Assembly: GCF_006345805.1 (NCBI RefSeq)
Contig: NW_021831404.1
Location: 124,001 to 188,000 of the forward strand
Origin: Octopus sinensis
Lineage: Eukaryota
Reading direction: 5' to 3'
DNA length: 64,000 nucleotides
This document shows positions 56,980 through 64,000 of this stretch, piece after piece (within the stretch, counting starts at the first letter, position 1; each line of letters starts with the position of its first letter). The translations under genes and the position numbers were made by a program. Below the pieces are notes generated by a model. The model saw nothing but the letters and a program-made list of their open reading frames with translations, ran no database searches and was not told the origin of the DNA.

Positions 56980-59704
56980 TCATCATCATCATCATCGTTT
57001 AACGTCCGTTTTCCGCGCTAGCATGACACACACACACGCACACATGTACATGCATACACACACATATAGAATAAAAAATATAACATAAATCAAGTAAAAA
57101 ATAAAAGCACAACACTTGGCAGTGAGAGGATTGTAGAAGCAAAATATAAAAACAACAGAAGTCATAGAATTGCAATGAAATTTTAAAGAGGAATTCTTGG
57201 AAATATTTTTTGTTTTTTACAATTTTGGTTTACAAAGTTTTTTGTCTGTTTTTCTTGTTTTTTTTTTTCTTTCTTTTCTTCTCAAAGCAAAACAATGCAA
57301 ATTTTTTCATAAAAAAATGAAAGATGTATTAATAAAAAGAATGACACCGATTTCTAAGACAGGCACAAAACAATTTGGACACAAATTCTTGGAGGTAAAG
57401 TACAAATTAATTAAATTGACTTCTTGTACTTCATATTACAGAATTTTTGGAAGAATGATGAAATGCTAAATTGACCCCAGGAGGGTAGGATTTCAATTGA
57501 GAACATGAATAAAACAATGTAATTAAATTCTACAATGCATTTTTGGTTACTGCCTTACTGATCCTGCTTACCACAACAACCACAACAATAATAATAATCC
57601 TTTCTACTAAAAGCACAAGGCCTGAAATTTTGGGGGAGGGGACTAGTCGTTTTACATTGACCACCCCCAGTAGGATTTGAACTCAGAATGTACACAACTG
57701 GAACAAATACCACAGCATTTTTTTCTAATGCTCTACTGGTTCTGCCAGTTCATACTAATAATACTGATGGTTGCTAAGATAGGCTCAACGCCAGAAATTG
57801 AGCTGAGGTGGAGGTCAGCTGGTTAAACCAACCCCAGATCTTGACTAGTATTTATTTTACAATAGCCCATCCACATTTAGAATGAAAAGCAAAGTTGTCC
57901 TTGGCAAGAATTGAACTCAGAACATAATTGGACACAGTTCAATGGCAGAACGTATTTATTGCATCACTTCCCATTCTAGACAGTATAGAAAGAATTTTCT
58001 AACATAGACACAAAGCTTGAAATTTGGAAAAGAGGATTAGTTGATAGTATACCAAGCCCCTCCATATGTGAGAGGTACATTATTTTATTGTAAAATAAAA
58101 CAAAATTTTATTCATAAACACCAGTATATGTGACTAGTATTATAAACAAAGTACAGTTACATACACCAGTACATGACTGGTACTTTATTTCACTTCGAAA
58201 GGATGAAAGGTAAAGTTGGCCTTGGCAAGATTTGATCTCAGATCATAAAGGGCCAAAGAATTATGTCAGACACTAACGATTTTGCCAATCTACTGCCCTT
58301 GTAGCAATAATAGTTATTTCTAAATTAGGTACAAGGCCTGAAATTTGGGGTTAGGGTTAGTCAATGAAGTCAGCTAGTACTTGCTAGTATTTGCCTGTTA
58401 CTTTACAGACACAAAAATGGGCCTGGTTTTCTGTCAGTTACGAGGGGTATTCCAGTTGGTTTGATCAACAGAACAGCCAGCTATTGAAATTAATATACAA
58501 TTGGCTGAGCACTCCACAAACATATGTACCCTTAATTTAGTTCTCAGGGAGATTCAGCGTGACATAGGATGTGGCAAAGCAGACCCTTTAAATTTACAGG
58601 TACAATCCCACTTTTGCAGGCTGAATGGACTGGAGCAACGTGAAATTAAGTATCTTGCTCAAGGATGCAATGTGCTGCAAGGAATCAAACTCACAATCAC
58701 ACAGTTGTGAGCCAAATACCCTAACCACTTGGCTACACGCCTTCATGGCCCCAAAATAATAAAAGACGAAGTTGACCTCAGCAAGATTTGAACCCTGGAC
58801 AAAGAGAACCAGAACAAATACTGCAACAAATACTATTCCGATATTAAACAATTTTCCCAATTCACTGCTCTTATAGTGAAAATGATAACAACTACAGGGA
58901 CTCGTGAAAATCCCACATTTTATAAAAAAAAAATTCTTATTTCTGTTTTCATGCATAAATAGATCTTCCATAACATTGTTTCATTAACCTAAAGATTTCG
59001 AATATATCTTTGATTTTTAAGATTGTTTAAAGCATAACACCTGAACATATATGACCAGCAGCATATCATAGAGGGACTAGTTTTATTTTTAGTCTTTTTT
59101 TTTTTTTTTTTTTTTAATGTGACTAGAAACAAAATCAGCTTGTGTTAATGACAATAATAATAATAATCATCATCATCAACATCATTTAACATCCGCTTTC
59201 CGTGATTGGAACTGGTAAACCAGAGAGCTGCACCAGGTTCCAGTCTGCTAATAATAATAATAATAATAATCCTTTCTACTATAGCACAAGGACCAAAATT
59301 TTGGAGAGAAGGGACTAGGTGATTACATGAGCCCCAGTGCTTGACTAGTACTTATTTTATCAACCCTGAAAGGAGGAAAAGCAAAGATGACCTCACCAGA
59401 ATTTGAACTCAGAATGTAAAGACAAACGAAATGCTGGTAAGCATTTTCTGCAATGTGCAAATAGTTCTGCCCATCACCTTTGTAATAATAATGCTTTCTA
59501 TTGTAGGAACAGGGCTTAGAATTTGGTGGGAGAGGACTAGCCGATTACATCAACCCCAGCGCTTGACTGACACTTATTTTATTGACCCTCAAAAGAGTGA
59601 ATAGCAAAGTTGACCATGGTACATTTGAACTTTGAACATATAGAACTGAAAGAAAAATGCAAAGTGTTTCATATGGTGCACTAACAATTCCTTAGCTTAC
59701 TACC

Positions 59705-59741
<37 letters not shown>

Positions 59742-61848
59742 TGATGATGATAATGATGATGATGATGATGATAATCCTTTCTACTGGAAACACAAGGTCT
59801 CAAATTTGGAGGAAAGGATTAAGTCAATTACATCGACCCCAGTGTGTAACTGGTACTTATTTAATCAACTCCAAAAGGATGAAAGGCAAAGTTGGCCTCG
59901 GCGGAATTTGAACTTAGAACGTAGCAGCAAACAAAATACCACTAAGCATTTTGCTCAGTGTGCTAACGATTCTACCAGCTCGCCGCCTTAATAATAATAA
60001 TCCTTTCTACTATAGGCACAAGACCTGAACTTTTGCGGGAGGGGACCACTTGATTTTGCAGAAGGGGGCCAACCTCAGTGTTTCACTGGTACTTAATTTA
60101 TCGACCCAGAAAGGATGAAAGGCAAAGTCAACCTCAGCAGTATTTGAACTTAGAACGTAGCAATGGGTGAAATATCGCTAAGCATTTCGTCCAGCGTATT
60201 AACAACTCTGCCAGCTCACCGCCTTATTATTATTGATAATAATAATAATAACAGCAATAATGCTACTACTAATAATGATGGGCACTTTTTTTCTAAGCAG
60301 ATATGAAGCCAGATAATTTTTATACAGCAAGTGTATACATGCCAAGTAAAATAAAACTCCAGTATATTACTGGTTGAACTACTTTATCAATAATTCTCTC
60401 TCAATCTCTCTGTCTGGAAACCTGTACTATGTGGACCCTTCCTTCACTTGATATAAATACTACAACAACGAAATATCTCTCATATCACATCTTATCATCT
60501 TAAAGACAAAAAATAAAAATAAAAAGTAAAAGAAGGAAGGATGCATTGAATTATGTAGCTCTAGGTAGACTATGCTTGAAATATAAGACAGGATGGTCAC
60601 AGCTTGAATGCCTTTGAACGTAAGAATAATTGATGAGAGTTGATATGAGAGATGTTATGTGGTTCATTAACCAGCTATATAACCAGCAATCTAACCTTCC
60701 TGAAATCACACCCTGCCATCTTACAAAAAGAAGAGTATTGGACATAATAGTACTATAAAATACAAAACAATGGAATACTCTTAGCTGGAAAACCTATGGT
60801 TATAGGTCCGTTAAATCAGGGTTGATCAGGAGCTTGACAATGTTCTGTTTCCTCTGACAGTGAAATAAAAAGCCAACTGGACCTTGGAGGGATTTGAACT
60901 CAGAAATGGAAAAACATTTTGTCCAGCACTCTACTACATCTGCCACACGTCTCTTTACTTGTAACAATTAAGAAAATAATTCTTTCTACTATAAGCAAAA
61001 TTTTGTGTGGAGAGGCTAGTCGATTACATCAACCCCAGGGGTCAACTGGTAGTTATTTCACTGACCCTGAAAGGATGAAAGGTGAAGTCAACCCTAGGGA
61101 AATTTGAACTCAGAAGAAATGTGCAAAGCATTTTGTTTGACAAACTAATGATTCTGTTAGCTCACTGCTTCAACAACAATTATAATAAAAGTATGAGAAA
61201 ATATTATGATAACGAGAATGATGATGATGATGATGATGATAAGGATTTCTAAGATAGGATCAAAACCAAAAATGTGGTGGGAACTGAGATGTAGTGGAGT
61301 TAATCCACTCTAATACTTGACTGGTAATCTGCTTTATTGAATTCAAAAGACCGGAAGGAAAATTTAAGTTTGGCAGGATTTGAATACAGGATGTTACGAG
61401 CTGGAATAATAATAATAATGATAATAATAATAATAATAATAATCCTTTCTACTATAGGCACAAGGCCTGAAATTTTGTGGGAAGGGACTAGACGATTACA
61501 TTGACCCCAGTGTTTCATTTGGTATTTAATTTATCGACTCCAGCAGAATTTGATGTCACTAGGCATTTTGTCTGGCGTGCTAATAATTCTGCCAGCTTGC
61601 TGCCTTGATAATAATAATAATAGCAACAATAATAATTCTCTCTACTATAGGCACACAAGTCCTGTTTGGAGAGGGGGGGTTAGTCGATTACATCAACCCC
61701 AGTGATCAACAGGTACTTATTTTATTGACCCCCCAAAAGGATGAAAGGCAAAGTTGACCTTGGCGGACTTTGAACTTAGAATGGAAAGATGGGCAAAATG
61801 TGGCTTAGCATTTTGCCAGATGTGCTAATGATTCTTCTAGCTCACTGC

Positions 61849-61893
<45 letters not shown>

Positions 61894-62150
61894 TATTATT
61901 ATTATTATTATTATTACTATTTCTGTATTGCCCACAGGGGGCTAAACAAAGAGGGGACAAACAAGGACAGACAAGGGGATTAAGTCGATTACATCGGCCC
62001 CAGTGATTAACTGGTACTTATTTAATCGATCCCGAAAGGATGAAAGGCAAAGTCGACAATAATAATACAATAATAATGTTGTTTGAATGAAATGATGTGG
62101 TATGACTGTAACAAAAAAATTATACACAGCTGCTACATCAACAGACTTAC

Positions 62151-62200
62151 CAAAGAGCATTAAATGTTGGCATATTCTACGAAAGTAGCAATATCAAGGT
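62151..62200 (-). other. Exon-like segment of an unidentified second minus-strand transcript
   Basis: Branch-like ctaac plus ctttacag acceptor and TTG|gtaagt donor in non-repeat sequence; all three frames contain a stop, the longest being (D)LDIATFVEYANI*. Confidence 0.55.
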
Positions 62201-62936
62201 CTGTAAAGGTTGTTAGAGGCTAGAAAGCAGTTTTTAAAAAAGAGAAAACCATCCCAATATTTATATGTGTCTCCTGAGATGCACAGAACTGTTTCTAATG
62301 CAAAAAAAAAAAAAAACCCCAAAACCTCTGGATGAATGTCTTAGATTCATATATACAAGAATAACAATGAATCGTTATGAAAACGTACAAGACTAGAAAA
62401 TTTGATGACTGGGAGAGGAGATGGTCAGTCATATCAACCCCAGTATATGACTGGTACTTTATATAATTGACACTGGAAAAATGAAAGGCAGAGTTGACCT
62501 TGGCAGGATTTGAACTCGGAACGTAAAGGGCTATAGCTAAATGTTGCAAGGTATTTAGTCTGATGCTCCATCAATTCGGCCAATAATAGTAATAATAATG
62601 ATTTCAAATTTTTGCTGCAAGGGCAGCTTACAGGAGGGGATTAAGTCGATTACATCAACCCCAGTGCATAACTGGTACTTAATTTATCGACCCCAAAAGG
62701 ATGAAAAGGTAGAGTCTACCATGGCGGAATTTGAACTCAAATTGGAGCAACAGGCAAAATACTGCTAAGCATTTCATCCAGCGTGCTAACGATTCTGCCA
62801 GCTCGCTGCCTTAGTAATAATAATAATAATGGTTGAGAAATGAATTGCATTTTTATACAAAATAGCAGAGTTCAAAAAGAATATTAAAAAAAAAAAAAAA
62901 AGCAGTCTGTTCATGTTGCATGTGATGGTAAGCTAC

Positions 62937-63306
62937 CGAACTGTGGCATCGTGTTCAGTGGAATATAGTCCAAGATGTACACCTGAGATAATGGTATCTG
63001 GAAGCAACGCTGAAGAAAAGAAGGAAATAATATTAGAAATAGACATACATAAATAAATAAATATTATAATTAATAGCAATAAAAAGCAATATTAATAAGG
63101 AATGGCAAGCTTTATGTTCAACTTAACTTGGAGGTTGTGTAAGAACACGGAATGCTGTGTTATTTACCTTGAGAGGACTTCTCATATGGACTTGTGGCAC
63201 TAAAAGTGCTTGGATTTATATCACTGACAGATGAGAATCATCTGCTATCACCACAGGAACTGCCAGATCAAGAGATTTCACCTTGTTTCGGGCTCTACAG
63301 TAGCAA
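62937..63306 (-). other. Two exon-like segments (63168-~63306 and ~62937-63009) of the same unidentified transcript
   Basis: Unique, GC-richer sequence; AAG|gtaaat donor and ttccttcttttcttcag acceptor define a 158-nt intron (63010-63167); outer boundaries uncertain. Confidence 0.5.
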
Positions 63307-63516
63307 CTAAACAGCCAAACCTCCCGTCAACAATACAAAGAGTGCTGCAGGTATGGCTGTGTGGTTAGAAGCTTGCTTCCCAACCACATGGTTCTGGGTT
63401 CGGTCCCATTGCATGGAACCTTGGGCAAGTGTCTTCTGTTACAGCCTCAGGCAAACCAAAGCCTTGTTGTGAGTGGATTTGGTAGACAGAAACTGAAAAG
63501 AAGCCCATCATGTATT

Positions 63517-63551
<35 letters not shown>

Positions 63552-64000
63552 GGGGAGGTGCAATGGCCCAGTGGTTAGGACAGACAAAATACCTATTTCC
63601 TTACTACCCACAAAGGGCTAAACACAGAGGGGACAAACAAGGACAGACAAATGGATCAAGTCAATTACATCGACCCCAGTGCGTAACTGGTACTTATTTA
63701 ACTGACCCCGAAAGGATGAAAGGCAAAGTCGACCTCGGCGGAATTTGAACTTAGAACGTAGCAGCAGACAAAATACGGCTACGCATTTTGCCCGGCGTGC
63801 TAATGATTCTGCCAGCTTGCCGCCTTTTAAAATAATCTGTACATCAAAGTCGACCTCGGCGGAATTTGAACTCAGAACGTAGTGACAGACGAAGTACCTA
63901 TTTCTTTACTACCCACAAGGGGCTAAACACAGAGAGGACAAACAAGGACAGACAAACAGATTAAGTCGATTATATCGACCCCAGTGCGTAATTGGTACTT

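Overview
AT-rich eukaryotic genomic DNA, very dense in repeats. The tRNA-derived SINEs, RTE tails and CA/TA microsatellites look like those of Octopus; this is inferred from repeat content and not verified. The main gene is the 5' part of a ZZEF1 orthologue on the minus strand. I reconstructed 18 coding exons (45092 down to 1542; 1669 nt, about 556 codons), all with GT-AG sites and consistent phases. They encode an MGNTSSS myristoylation-type N-terminus, an EF-hand-like loop and an APC10/DOC domain, and the gene runs off the left edge. A CpG-richer promoter-like region lies at about 45.1-45.6 kb. Two or three exon-like segments of a second, unidentified minus-strand transcript lie at 62.1-63.3 kb. 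The rest is SINEs, RTE and Tx1-like LINE pieces, Tc1/mariner and hAT remnants, MITEs, a Helitron, a possible solo LTR and microsatellites. The most interesting signal is a set of minimal hammerhead-ribozyme motifs in short elements, several with Penelope-like inverted ends. One of them is a tRNA-headed SINE that carries a hammerhead. Most ORFs in the supplied track are microsatellite or SINE artefacts.
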